NCBI GenBank assembly: GCA_038087875.1
Contig: CM075990.1
Coordinates: forward strand, 6,138,001 to 6,202,000
Length of the DNA stretch: 64,000 nt
Direction of reading: 5' to 3'
Source: Malacoraja senta
Lineage: Eukaryota
Made by a program: the position numbers and the translations under genes. Positions 1-59,759 of this stretch are shown piece by piece. The notes below the pieces were generated by a model, which saw only the letters and a list, made by a program, of their open reading frames with translations, searched no databases and was not told where the DNA came from. Every line of letters starts with the position of its first letter. Within the stretch, counting starts at the first letter, position 1.

Positions 1-1598
1 GGGAGGCCTCCATTTGCCCAGAAACGGGGTCCATGGGGCAGCCTGCAATTAGGACTGAAGCACGGAGGACTATGATTCTCCCTCAACCCCCCCCCCCCCC
101 CCCCCTACCAGCTGGCCAATGTACAGTCCCTAGAAAATAAGGTTGAGGACTTGAGAGAAAGGATGTTTTACCAAAGGGAGATGAGGGAGTGTTGTGTGCT
201 CTGTTTCACAGAGACATAGCTCGCCCCCAGCTCCCCAGACTCTGCCCACCAACCTGAAGGTTTCTCCATTCATCCTATTAATGAATTGAGGTATCAGGGA
301 GGGGGGGGGTGGGGCATCTGTCTCCTGGGGAATCCCTTGGTAGTGCTCAGATGTAGCGGTCATGTCCAACTCCTGCTCATGTCCAACGTCCCTTTTACCT
401 CCTGAGGGAATTAATCTCCATCATCTTGACCGCAGTCTACATCCAGCCACAAGGAAACGTTCATCTAGTACTGGAGAAATTGCACATCGTGGTCAACAAA
501 TTTCAGATGGCATACCCTGACGCCTTTACCATCATAGCTGGGGATTTCAAGACCATTTGAAGCAATCACTTCCAAACTACCACCAGCAGGTTTCCTGTAT
601 ACCAGAGGATCAAAAACACTCGACCACTGCTATTCCACCAAAGATACCTATTGCCCCATCCCTTTCCCTCTCTTTGGGAAATCAGACCACCTGGCTGTGC
701 TGCTTCTTCCTGCATTTAGGGAGCAACTGAAGAGTGCATTCTAGTGGTGAACACTGCACATAACACAGGGAGGCAGAGGAATGAATGTGATTGCTTGAAG
801 TCAGTAGACTGGGTGATGTTCAAGGACTCGGCAATGGATCTGAACAAATACACCACGGTTAAGGAAATGTGTGGAGGAGTGTTCACCAACCAGAAGCCTT
901 GGATGAACCAGGTGGTTGGTCCACAAACTTCTGAGGACTAGTATTTGGGCATTCAAGTCTAGAAACATAGTCAGTATGTCAGTAATACCAATTAGAGTAA
1001 GGTGGCTAGCCTCAGCGAGTGCAAGCTGGTGGCAGTAGCGTCCTTGATGAAGTGCTTTGATAGGTTGATTATGGTGCATATCAGCTCCTAGCTTAGCAAG
1101 AACCTACATTCGCTACAATTCGCCTACAATAGATCAACAGGGTATGCAATCTCACTGGTTCCATTTTGCACTGGACACTTGGACATTAGGAACACATGTG
1201 TCAGGCTATCATCCAACCAAACCTATTACCAAGCTCAAGGAACTGGGTATCTGTGCATACCTATGCTACTGTATTCTTGACTTCCTCATCAACAGACCAT
1301 AATCAGTGCAAATTGGCAACAACACTTCCTCCTTGATAACCATCAGTACAAGGGCACCTCGAGGTTGTGTGCTCAGTCCCCAGCATTACTACCTCTTTTG
1401 CAATGACTGTGGAACTGGACATTGTTCCAATTGGATCTTTAAATTTGCTGACGACACCACCATTGTTGGACGAATTATGTGTAATGATGAGTCGCAGTAT
1501 AGGAGAGAGATCGAGCATTTGGTGCCAGAACAACAAACTTCCTCACAATGTAAGTAAGAAAAATGAGCTGATGGTTGACTTTAGAAGAGGGAGACTAA

Positions 1599-2831
1599 AG
1601 GGCCTGTCCCACGAGCATGCGACTGCATGCGGTTAGCGCGACCTAACATGGTCGCGCTAGCCGTGCGGCCTCGCGGGGCCGGTCCCACTTCGATCGCCGG
1701 AGCCGCATGGAGTTGTGCGGAGCTGGTCCCGACATCTGACAGTTCAAAAATTCCGCGTGGCAAAGGCCTGCCGGCCCGCTGCCGCATGGAGGCCGCACGC
1801 ACCGCCTCGACGCCGAACGCAGCGTCTTGATGGCGTACGCGTAGCGCGTGGCGTTGCGCGATGACGTCACCGCCCGACTTTACCGCGTCACATGAAAACC
1901 GCGCCTGCTCTCCCTTCTTCCAGTGCTTGCCCAAGGGAGGTCTCTCTCCAGATCCCTCTATCTGCGGCACTGCCAGGTGTGCCCACATTCACAAACAGGA
2001 AGTTGTAGTTTGCATCGACCACAGCTAACAGCACGATGGAATGGAACTTCTTGTAGTTACAGTACACAGAACCTCCCCTGGGTGGACACCGGATGGCCAC
2101 ATGCTTCCCGTCAACTGCCCCACATGCGTGCAGGTGGTTCCATCTGGTTTGAAAGCCGTGCGCCACTCTCCTCCACTCGTCAGGGGTACTAGGGCAGTCA
2201 ATCATTTCTTCATATGCATTGTTGATGGAGTCACAGGTTTCTCGGACGACCTTGCTGATCGTGTTGTGAGCCACACGGAAGTTGTACGAGAGGCTCTTGT
2301 AGGAATCCCCTGATGCAAGGTAGCGGAGGGTGATGGCAAGGCGCAGGCCTGGTTCCAGTGACTTCCGCATGATGGTGTCCGCCTTCTGCAGAAGAGGTCC
2401 GACTCATGTCTTTAGTTCCTGAAACCGGTCAGGGGGGAACCTGGTGAAATTTCTAAAGGCAGCCTCATCTTTCTGATGCAGATCCATCACCATGTTCTCA
2501 TACTGGCCCAAAGTGGGTCTCATCCGGAACAAAGACCTCATCCACACAGACCTCTTCCTGGGTTTCTTGATAGCCTTCCTTGTTGAACTCCTGCCCAGCT
2601 GACCTGTAAGCATGAGGGCTGCTGCTAACAGAAGTCTCTCTTGCTGTTGCAGCAATGCAGTCTGCATCTCTTCCATGATGATCATGGAATAGCAGCCAGC
2701 ACGCCCATTTATATGAGGAAAATGACGTCACGCGCGATCTTCCCGCGGACTGCACTTGGCCTCCGCGGGGCCTCTGCTTCCGGTTAGGTCGCGCTAGCCA
2801 CATGCAGTCGCATGCTAGTGGGACAGGCCCT
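1599..2831 (-). mobile_element. PIF/Harbinger DNA transposon, internally deleted
   Basis: 49-bp TIRs (AGGGCCTGTCCCAC..., 3 mismatches) and TAA target duplication at 1596-1598 and 2832-2834; excising it restores the host LINE frame. Confidence 0.92.
1888..2685 (-). pseudogene. Harbinger transposase (HARBI1/DDE_Tnp_4-like), one in-frame stop, C-terminally truncated
   Basis: ORFs 2404-2685 and 1888-2370 share a frame and are separated only by TGA at 2404-2406. Motifs LAITLRYLASG, GAVDGKH and YCNYKKFHSIVL are present; the later catalytic D/E residues are absent. Confidence 0.88.
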
Positions 2832-2892
2832 TAAAGATCCATGATCCTGTGTTCATCGATGGTTTGGTGGTAGAGAGGGTCAATAACTTCAG

Positions 2893-3653
2893 ACGTGTTG
2901 GCGGCGCGACTCGCGTTGCAGCGGCCCCTACAGCCTGTCTGTCTTTTTTTATTTTTTGTCTAGTTAAATGTAGTTGTTCGTGTTTTAAAAAAAACAACTG
3001 TTTTTAACTGTGTATATGTGGGGGGGGGGGAGGGGGAAACTTAAAAAAAATTCTTCCCTGCACGGGAGACCCGACCTTTTCCCTGTCGGGTCTCCGTTGT
3101 CGTTGGGGCCTAGCACCGTGGAGCGGCCTCCAACCGGAACGACCTGGGGGCTCCAGTAGCGGAGCCTGCGGAGCTGCGGACTATTACCATCGTGGGGCTG
3201 GTCGGCCTCGTAGCGTGGGGAGCGGTAGCGGCTCGCAGCTGCGGCCCGACTCCGGAGCTTGGAGGCCCCTGCTGCAGGCCGGTGGACTGTGACATCGGGA
3301 GCTCGCGGGTCCGGGTGGGAGACCGCTTTTCAGAGCTCCCGCAACGCAACTTCTCCAGCCCGTGTTGCGGGGTTGGAACGACCCAGAGCGGGGCCGTACA
3401 TCGCCTGGCGCGGCTTTAATGGCCGCGGGACATTCCAGCGCCCGCCGGGGGCTCCAACTTTGTGACATTTGGACCTGGATCGGGGCCGTACATCGTCCGG
3501 CGCGGCCTTGAATGGCCGTGGGACTTACCATCGCCTGCCTGGAGCTTCAACATCGGGAGGTTTGTATGGCTGTAGAAACGGAGTTTCGTTTGAGCCTCAC
3601 TGAGGTTCAAATGACATGGAATAAATATTGAATTGAATCTTGAATTGAATTGA
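2893..3653 (+). mobile_element. GC-rich non-coding SINE-like retroelement, related to 59760-60232
   Basis: Interrupts the Rex frame; G-run, hairpin, internal ~40-nt repeats, tail of stem-loop + AATAAA + (TTGAA)n. Confidence 0.6.
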
Positions 3654-4956
3654 AGTGTGTATGTCTGAAAATCTTTCCTGGGCCCAGCACAGTGGTGAAA
3701 TCGTAAGGAAACCCCATCAAAATCTCTACTTCCTTAGAAGATTGAGGAGATTTCGTATGCTGATAAATACCACCTTGAACTTCTGCAGGTGAAAGGCTGA
3801 GAACTTATTGACTGGTTGCATCAAGGCTTTGTTCAGCAATTCAAAGCACAGGAACGAAGGCGATTTCAAAGGTGGCGGACACTACCCAATCTAACATGGG
3901 TACTGACCTCCCCACCATCGAAGGGATCTCTCGGAGGCGCTGACTCCAAGGCAGCCAGCTTCAAGGATCAACACGATCCTGGCTAAGCTCTCATTTCACT
4001 CCTGCCATTGGGATGATGGTATAGGAATTTGAAAGCTGTGATCTCCAGGTTTGAGAAATGCTTCTTCCCAACAACCATCGTTTCTTGAATGCTACAAACA
4101 CAATTTAAACTATGAATTACAAACTGTCTCGATTGCACTAAGGACTTTGGGCTCTTTTGCACTGATATTAGGGTTTTAAAATTTTTGTTTATTGTGTTAT
4201 CTGTGACTATTATATGTACAGACCTGTTATACTGCTGCATATAAAAATGTCATTGCTCTGTTTTAGTTGCATATGACAATTATACACTCTTGGAAATATT
4301 AGTAGAAAATCTGCTGGGTCTTGGTGATCTGCTAAAAATCTCTTTGTGGCTCAGTATCATACACCAATGGTGGAGCAAATTTAAAATGGGGGATTTTTCA
4401 GAGAATAGATTTGGTGTATACAGATCATTTGAAGGTTGCAGGTAATATTATTTATCCTTGGTCCCCTCCCATCATCCTTTCCCTCTACATGCTGCTACTT
4501 CATCCATATTTGTATGGATAAATTTGTGCTGATAATACTCGGGTGTACTACACAACCTACAACATTTTTAAGTGAAATTATTCAGTATCAAATGACCCAC
4601 AGTTATCTTCAGTTAGTAAAAGTGTGTTTTGTACCATGAAAACTCCATTCTTTACCCACAAAATTCATCTGTTTGTGATGTTAATCTTGGAATCAATTGA
4701 ATTGTTTTACTTTGGCATCATGGTCATTCCTAGTTGAGTTTTTGAATTTTTACTTTTCATCACATGTCAACCTGCACCTCGGTGCCTCTCCTTGGTCATT
4801 TGCTGAAATTCTTGCACGTGCCATTTCCAAATTTATTTGTTCAAATACGTTTGCAGGTCATCTACGATTATGTCAATTGAATCAAACCACACCAAGTTCT
4901 GCTTGTATATCAATGGTGTATTGGCTCTGAGCCCCAAATTATATATTTAAAAAAAA

Positions 4957-5465
4957 AGCCACAATCTGCCATAGGCAATGATGGTCCAATTCTATATTGC
5001 CATCGTAGAGTCTGTCCTCACCTTCTCCATCATGGTCTGGTTTGGCCCAGCCACCAAGTACGACATCCGGAGGCTGAAGAAGGTTGTTAGCAGCAACCTT
5101 TCCCCCCATTGACGAACTGCACACTGCAAGGGCCAGGAAGCGAGTGGATAAGATCATCTCTGACCCCTCTCACCCTGGCCACAAACTCTTTGAAGCACTT
5201 CCCTCTGGAAGGCTCCGGACTGTCATAAAAACTCCAGCCTGACATAAAAACAGCTTTTTTTCCACGAGCAGTCGCTCTACTCGATAATCAAAAGTCTGTA
5301 GCCTCCTTTTGCTCTGGTATTTTATTTCATTCACATGTTTAAACTATAATGTTTTATTCTTAAAGTTTTATGCTTTATTCTTAATTGTTTACTGTATGTC
5401 ATATTGTGACTTGCGAGTCAAATTCCTAATATGTGTACATACTTGGCCAATAAACTTATTCATTC
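4957..5465 (+). mobile_element. Rex/Babar-type LINE 3' fragment
   Basis: MMVQFY..IVESVLTFSIMVWFG...DPSHPGHKLF..LPSGR; close relative of 32208-32738. Confidence 0.75.
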
Positions 5466-6192
5466 TAAATATCTTTCTAGGTTTAGGGCTCGTCAGTCTT
5501 TTTCATGTCTCCCTTGACCCATGTTTATATTCTTGACCTTGATCTTTTGCATTCTCATGATGTGTGAGTTTTTGTTGCTTGGATTTCTTTGAATCTTGCT
5601 AAGGAGAAATTTTCTGAAATTGAGGCACTATCAGGCTCTTTGTTTTTAGTTTATATAGCACAACTGACCCATTGAAATAAAAAAAAATGCTCATGACTCC
5701 ATTTGACGGTCTACATGGTCTGCTTTGTTTTGGGCTTCAATAAACCAACTGTTATGCCTCCAACAATGGAAATGCATACAACGATCGGCAATGGAGCTAA
5801 TGTTTGGAGTGGATGGCTTATGGTTGGTGCAACATGCTTCATGAATCATTTTGTTTCATGCTGTACAGATTGCAAATAAATTATCTTAAATTATTGCTGG
5901 AACAAGTGATGTATGTTTATCAGTATGCTCAGTGTCACATTAGAATGGCAAGTGTGCAGTTTTCATACGTTTAAATTATTATTTCTCTGTTATCTTTTGC
6001 ACTAAGTTGATCTGGTGTAGACAGAGTCAATGGTGGGAAGTCTTGACAGTTGAAGGACAAGAGCAGCATAGGAATATCGCCATCTATGGGTTCCTGACTT
6101 GAAAATAGATTCCTCTTCATTAGTTGGTCTAAATCCTGGAATTCTCTAACTTATTTCAATGTTGGGATACCTTTACAACAGCAGTTCAAGTA

Positions 6193-6458
6193 GGTAGAGT
6201 TGCTGCCTTACAGTGCCAGAGACCTGGGTTCTATCCCGACAACGAGAGCTGTCTGTACGGAGTTTGTACGTTCTTCCTGTGACTTTCTCCAGGTGCTCTG
6301 GTTTCCTCCCACACTCCAGAGATGTAGAGGTTTGTAGGTTAATTGGCTTGTGTAAATTGTTCCTAGTGTGTAGAATAGTGCAAGTGTACGGGGTGATCGC
6401 AGGCCGGTGGAAACACGGGGAGCCGAAAGGTCTATTTTAACACTATCTAAAGTCTAAA
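6193..6458 (+). mobile_element. tRNA-derived V-SINE (HE1-like)
   Basis: tRNA-like head and V-domain GGTGCTCTGGTTTCCTCCCACACTCC. Confidence 0.7.
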
Positions 6459-7560
6459 AGGGTTGAGTCACCATCTCTGAGTTAATTGGCTAAGGTCACT
6501 TCATGGATGCATTGCCCTTGATGCCCACATTCTATAAAATATTTTAAATTTCATTGTCCTATCTGGGACATGACAATAAAACTCTCTTGACTCTTCTTAA
6601 AATAAATGAAAGACCAGAAGATGCTGGATATACATAGCAGATTGGCAGATTCCGTGGAAAGAAATGATTAATGTTTCAGGTCTGGGACACTGGAAAAGGC
6701 ATATGGGTTTTTGATAGTAGAGGAAGTAGGTAGAACAGACAGAATATCTCTGAAAAGGTGAGTCCAAATAGGTTAATGGGGGACATTTCCAAATACATTG
6801 CACTGCTTTAGTTATGCCATATGTTAATGTGTTCAAGAGGAATAATGTAAAATTGAGCCTGTTGCTTTCAATTCTTTCGAATAGCTGTTGGAAATGTGTA
6901 ATTAAAGATGAAAATAGAAAATGTGTATTCATTTTCTCAGATTATGACTAACTGGGACTTCTGCTCCAATTACCCTTGAGTGTTTATCAAAGATCATGGA
7001 GTAAAAAATTATTTTCCCCAAAAATTTGGATTGATCACAATCTATAGCCATGTAGGGAACATTTTGGAATTTATCACCATGTTCCATACATTAGTTTTGG
7101 AAGATTTCTATTCACTGAAGTTCCAGGTTATTGTCAAGACTAGTATATCAAACAAATGCAGTATGCAATGGAGAAATTTATTTAAACATTTTTATGTTCT
7201 GAATTGTTCAAAGATTATATCTAATTCAAAGGATCATTGTATAGAAGGTAGAAGAACATTATTAATGTGAAGCACAAGGCTCTCCTTGCTGTAATTATGT
7301 TTAAAATAGTATTTGGAGTAATTCATGTTCACAGGTGAAATATTGTAATAATAATCCAGTTCCAATTTATTTCACCAGGGGTGATGTGCAGGTTTTTTTA
7401 TACTTCCCTGAAAAATATTTCTATATTTCCCAGTTGATCACAAAGGACCTGTGAGTGAAATTTAATTAAAGTTGTTGGCAATGTTGAGCTACTTCATATC
7501 TTATCCCTTTTCCCCCATATGACACTTAGTGCTGAGAATCTGGGACAGTAAATTAAATAT

Positions 7561-7700
7561 AGACACAAAATGCTGGAGTAACTCAGCAGGACAGGCAGCA
7601 TCTCTGGATAGAAGGAATGGGTGACGTTTCAGGTCGAGACCCTTCTTAAGTAGAAGAAGGGTGAACAACGATCTCAGCCAGCTTCTGCAGTTCCTTCCCA
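7561..7700 (-). mobile_element. Short Penelope pLTR-derived repeat with a mutated hammerhead core
   Basis: Homologous to the terminal part of 11460-11966 and to 16053-16156. Confidence 0.65.
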
Positions 7701-7773
7701 CACAACAAATTCAAGCATGGCACAGACACCCAAACAGGAGATTCTGGCAACCTGTTTGCATTGATAAAATTGA

Positions 7774-55125
<47,352 letters not shown>

Positions 55126-56120
55126 AACATTCAAACATGCCCCAAAAAGGAAAAATGGCAGTGCTCATCTGACATTGTACTTTGACTGAACCTAGGAATA
55201 AGGATAAGTGCGCCTGTTATTTATCGAGTATAGAACAGTGATTTAAAGAATTATTCGGCAGGTTCAGATATGTACGTTTCTTAACAATTCCGTTATCTGA
55301 CAATCATAAACATCATCAGCCCTGCTTCTCTGCCTCTACATGCTGTCCGCTTAAACTTCACATTCCTGTCATGTCCAGATGCAACTCTTCCATTGTTGTG
55401 ATTGCTGCCCTGCATCCGGTTGCATTATTACCGTTTCATCTCTAACTCATTAAATCTCAGATGTGTCAACCTCTACATTCTTTAAGCATTAATGGCCCTT
55501 TTTACCCTGCTCTGATGTGCATGGCCTTTGCTCACCACATTGCTTCACTAAGCTTACCTAGCCTATCACCATTTCTAATAATGTACCAAGTCATGGGAAT
55601 TTAAATGTGACAGGTGTAAAGATCAGCCGTTGGTTATGGTAAGTAAAAGCAAAACTACTAATTAATGTAGTTATTGGGGCTACTATTACACTTATTCCAC
55701 TGATTTTCCATGGCTCCCTATTAGTTGTGCTATAAATATCATTTGCTGATTGGTAGGAAAATGTTGATCCATAAACTATCTGCATTTTTGCTGTGCTGGC
55801 AGTTCACATTTTGTTTGACATTTGTGTGTCAATACTGTTTTACATAGAGCAATTTAAGAATTAAAGCTGATTTGCTGTTGTCATAGCTATGTTGAATGAA
55901 TATGTATTTTAGTGGAATGCAAGTTTCCAAATTAAATCTGAACTGGAACATTTGATTGATCACTACTCTGATGAATATGGTTAGTTGTCCATGCTAAATT
56001 AATTGAAGTCTGAAGATTCGATAATGGTAAACATTCCAAAATGTGTTCGTGCAAAGCATAGGATAAATAATTACCTATTTACCACACAACAGCAGATACG
56101 AAAGATAACATCAAATGGTT

Positions 56121-56126
56121 TTTATT
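56121..56126 (-). promoter_or_regulatory. Candidate poly(A) signal of PAQR3-like (3'UTR about 56100-57939)
   Basis: AATAAA on the minus strand at the end of a ~1.8-kb TE-free tract that is U-rich on the minus strand. Confidence 0.5.
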
Positions 56127-57939
56127 AAAGATGCAACATTCAGGAGTGTAAACATTTTCAAAACAATGTTATTTTTATCAAAAAACAAAATGCTTTGTAT
56201 AGCAAAAAAAAATGTGTCATATTAGCAAATACCCTAGGAAACAAAGAAAAATGACTAACAGACCAATTGCAATAGCTGAGTATGTTTGGCACTAGTAACA
56301 TTGCAATACAACACAAATGACGGGGCACAACTATCTCTACACTTTTGATGTCAAAACCTCAGTATGACGAGAAAAGTATACAAGATATGTTCTTTATGAA
56401 GAAAAATAACTTTTGCAGAAAGAGATGATGTGCCTTCTGTAGGAACATTGACAATCAACTTACCAACCACTTAGAGACCAGTTCAGAGGAAAAACTAAAA
56501 TTCAGGCACAATACTACAAACATCAAAATTATCTTGACTGCAGTGACAAAATGGGTGTGCCGAACTTGAGTTTTGACCATTACAACTGCACAACCACTAC
56601 TGCACGAATCCTCAAATCAATAATTAATGGTCAGCTATATGCAACAAATCTAAAAAGAGCTTCATCACAATTCAAAGATTTTTTTCTAAATTGATTTCTG
56701 TAGAAAACAATTTTGCATAGCATTAGATTTAAACTGCACTTTTACAGTAAATTGGCACAATAATGTAATGAAAAATGATGGAGCAGTTAAGCAGGCCAAA
56801 CTGTTAATCATTGAAGTGCTCTGTCCTGCCCTAGAACCGTATCACTGAGAAAATTCAGTCATACATTGCACAAGACCAATGCATTGAGTTTCAAGATGTA
56901 CAAGTACATTCCTATTTTATATTACTCTAGTAAAATTAACATAATTTGCACTTCTATATCAAGGGACTAAAACATGTCCTAAGCTTTGTAGCAATCATTT
57001 AGCAATTTAAGCTTCTTGTTCACTTGCTCTTAATCTGCATGGGAAAATGTGTTCTGTATATTAAATTAAAGTGTATGATACTTACCATATGTTGTCCAGG
57101 ACAATATTTCAGAAAACTGCTCAACATCAATGTTGTTAGATGCAGATTATCTAAAGATTGACATGAGATTTCCCCATTTAAAAAAATAAAGTTTACTAGT
57201 TTTCCCCCTCTTCTCCCTAAAATTTGTTACACATTATTTTGTAAACACTTTTTAAGTTATGGTCTTCTGATTTAAACATCCAGTGTACATTTTTTTCAAA
57301 ATTAGTTGATCACCTCACAACAAACCAGGTTTAATTATTTAAACTTGTAATCATGGGTTAAATATCAGGAAAATATTATTTGGGAGGGCCATGGGTTAGG
57401 CATTGTAAACTTGTTATTTTGCATGCAATACAATTGCTTTTGTCCAGGTTATATTAAATTTGCAGCATACATGTTATAGTACATATTAAATCATTTCTAT
57501 AAAATGTGAACTAACTGACAAAGCAGGCATTATACTGCAAAGACATTGGAATAAATACATTTTGTATTTTACAAACACATGCATTGACTTTGTTAAAAGG
57601 CATTTTAACACAGCTGCCTTTACAGCACCTTGAGTTTGTGATACTGGCACAATCCAAATGTTAGAAAAGTGGCCAACAATTTGGCTCATTAGAAAGGCTT
57701 CTTCATGCAACAATAAGTCTGAGAAATCGTTGAGTAGGCATCACGGTACCAGACTTTACCACAGTACAAATCTTCAAACCGACAGCACATGACTGAGACA
57801 CATTCAGTTTTAAGTAAATTAGGAGGCAATCATGCAGTTGATTAGAAGACTCGGCTGTTAATTAGCCAAATTGTTGCTTTTTTTTAAAACAGGGAAGCAG
57901 TCCTCTTCAGGCAATGCTGGAAAACGTCTAAATTCAAGT

Positions 57940-58076
57940 TTACTTTATTTTTAGACATGGCTGCTCATGTCTATAATGCATTATATGCACAGCAGTCTGA
58001 TGCCACCAATAGAACATTAAAACTACCAAGAAATGCCACCACTGGTGACTACAGCCAAAGTAATTCAAGTATCCAC
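57940..58076 (-). CDS. PAQR3: PAQR3-like, last coding exon (GYLNYFGCSHQWWHFLVVLMFYWWHQTAVHIMHYRHEQPCLKIK*)
   Basis: Minus strand gttttctag|GT; phase 1 matches the upstream exon; SHQxWH (HxxxH metal-binding) motif and TM7; not shown in the ORF track. Confidence 0.92.
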
Positions 58077-59759
58077 CTAGAAAACAAGAACCCTTGTTAG
58101 AATGCAACAATGAAAAGGAAAGGTCTAACCCACTTTTGATATCAAAGTAGTCAGTGCTTCAATTTTTTAGTTTCAAAGATAAATACACCCTTGTAACATT
58201 GTCAAATATTGTTGCTCTGAGTAAATTATTATTAAATTCTACAATATTTCTCCTCACAATATTCAAAATAAATCCTAACTCCAACCCAAGTTCATGCCTA
58301 CTGTTTGTGTTAAGTTTGCACGTTTCTGTGACTGAGTTTCCATCAGGTGCTCTCTTTCCCCCATATCCCAAACGTGTGATTGGCTACTGAATATCACCCT
58401 TAGTTTGGTGGGTGGTAAGAGAATTCAAGAGTTAGACATGCAAGAAAGAATAGTTTAAAGGGAAATAAGTGGGTGAAGGAGTCTAATGCAAGAGTTTTGA
58501 GTTGACTAAACCTTGGTGCAATGAATGGCTCCATATCTTGAAGTAATGTAGAAAAGGTCAGTCTCTCATAGCCACAATAATTGAGGGCAGCTTTTACTAC
58601 AGATTTTATTCATCCTTTTGATTTAAACTCCCTAGATCAAGAGTCTATGAACACAGTACTAATCCGGTAACTGCACTGTTCCTCTACCTAGCTTGGAAAC
58701 ATTTCTTTACCAGATGTAAACACTGAACAATTTTGGAAATATATTCTCTCTCAAGTTTCTCTTGTTCAAGAAAGTCCCCCAATGATTTAATCTCAATTGG
58801 TATCCATCTACATATTTAAAATTAACATCTAATTATTACTGTCCTTCATATAACAGCATGCTTAAAACTATACCAGGGCACTTCACTCATGTTATAGCTT
58901 AACCATTGCTTTGCGCTAAAATTCAGTGCTCAAAGGCTTTACATAAAATTAAAAGACTGCCCCAGTTAGAACTTTACTCACATACACTCATACTTGACAT
59001 TAATTAGATATTTGACTTGCCTCCTTCCTCGCCATTCAGTCTGTTGACTGACCAATTGGGCATATCTTATATTCATCCACCAAAATACATCTTGCTTCGA
59101 CTTCCCCATTCTACTCTCCTGTCTAAATCTCCAACCTTTGGCAATCTCCCCACAACTGTACAAGAACATTTAACTTAATTCGACTGCTCTACTTCACCAT
59201 CTCATCCCTACACCTCTCGATTTCCCTGGAAACCCAAACCTCTCACAGCCTACAATATACTCAACAATTGAGCATCTATTATTACTCAAGGTAAACAAAC
59301 TGCAGATGCTGGGTTTAAATTTCTGTCAATTCTCAATCTGACCTCTGTCTTTACCCTGTCCAACAAATCCAAGTGCAAGCTCATGGAACAGCGTTTCAGT
59401 TTTTTCTCTGGACATACTACAACTCTCAAGTCAATAACAATTTCAACTAAACAGCTGACATTTTGTCTCCATAAATTTTGCTGGATATCTCAGCTTCAAC
59501 TTATTCTTTTGCTTGTTTTCATTTTTCGAACTGCTGCTATTTAAAGTAATGGTTAGCTTGACAACTTGACAAATCTAGTGTCTCACAGACACCTTAGCCA
59601 TTCTCTCCATCCCTCTCCTTGTAGTTTAAAACATGTGTTGTTTTCCCACCTTTCCACCATTGATGAAGGGCCACTGACATGAAATATTAACTTTGTTTCT
59701 CTCTCCATGGACCTGTTGAGACTACAGCTGAATTATGTATGTCAGTCTTGCACTCTCTG

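Larger units (their letters stand above)
1..4290 (+). mobile_element. Decayed Rex1/Babar-clade LINE (APE-RT), interrupted at 1599-2831 and about 2893-3653
   Basis: Recognisable segments LANVQSLENK, CVLCFTET, APRGCVLSP, KFADDTTIVG, ELMVDFRR|..H.PVFIDG..VERV and NLYFLRRLRR; many stops and frameshifts. Confidence 0.8.

Noticed and set aside
1888-2370. Domesticated HARBI1 gene
   Set aside because: It is flanked by TIRs and a TSD, has an in-frame stop, and lacks the rest of the catalytic triad.
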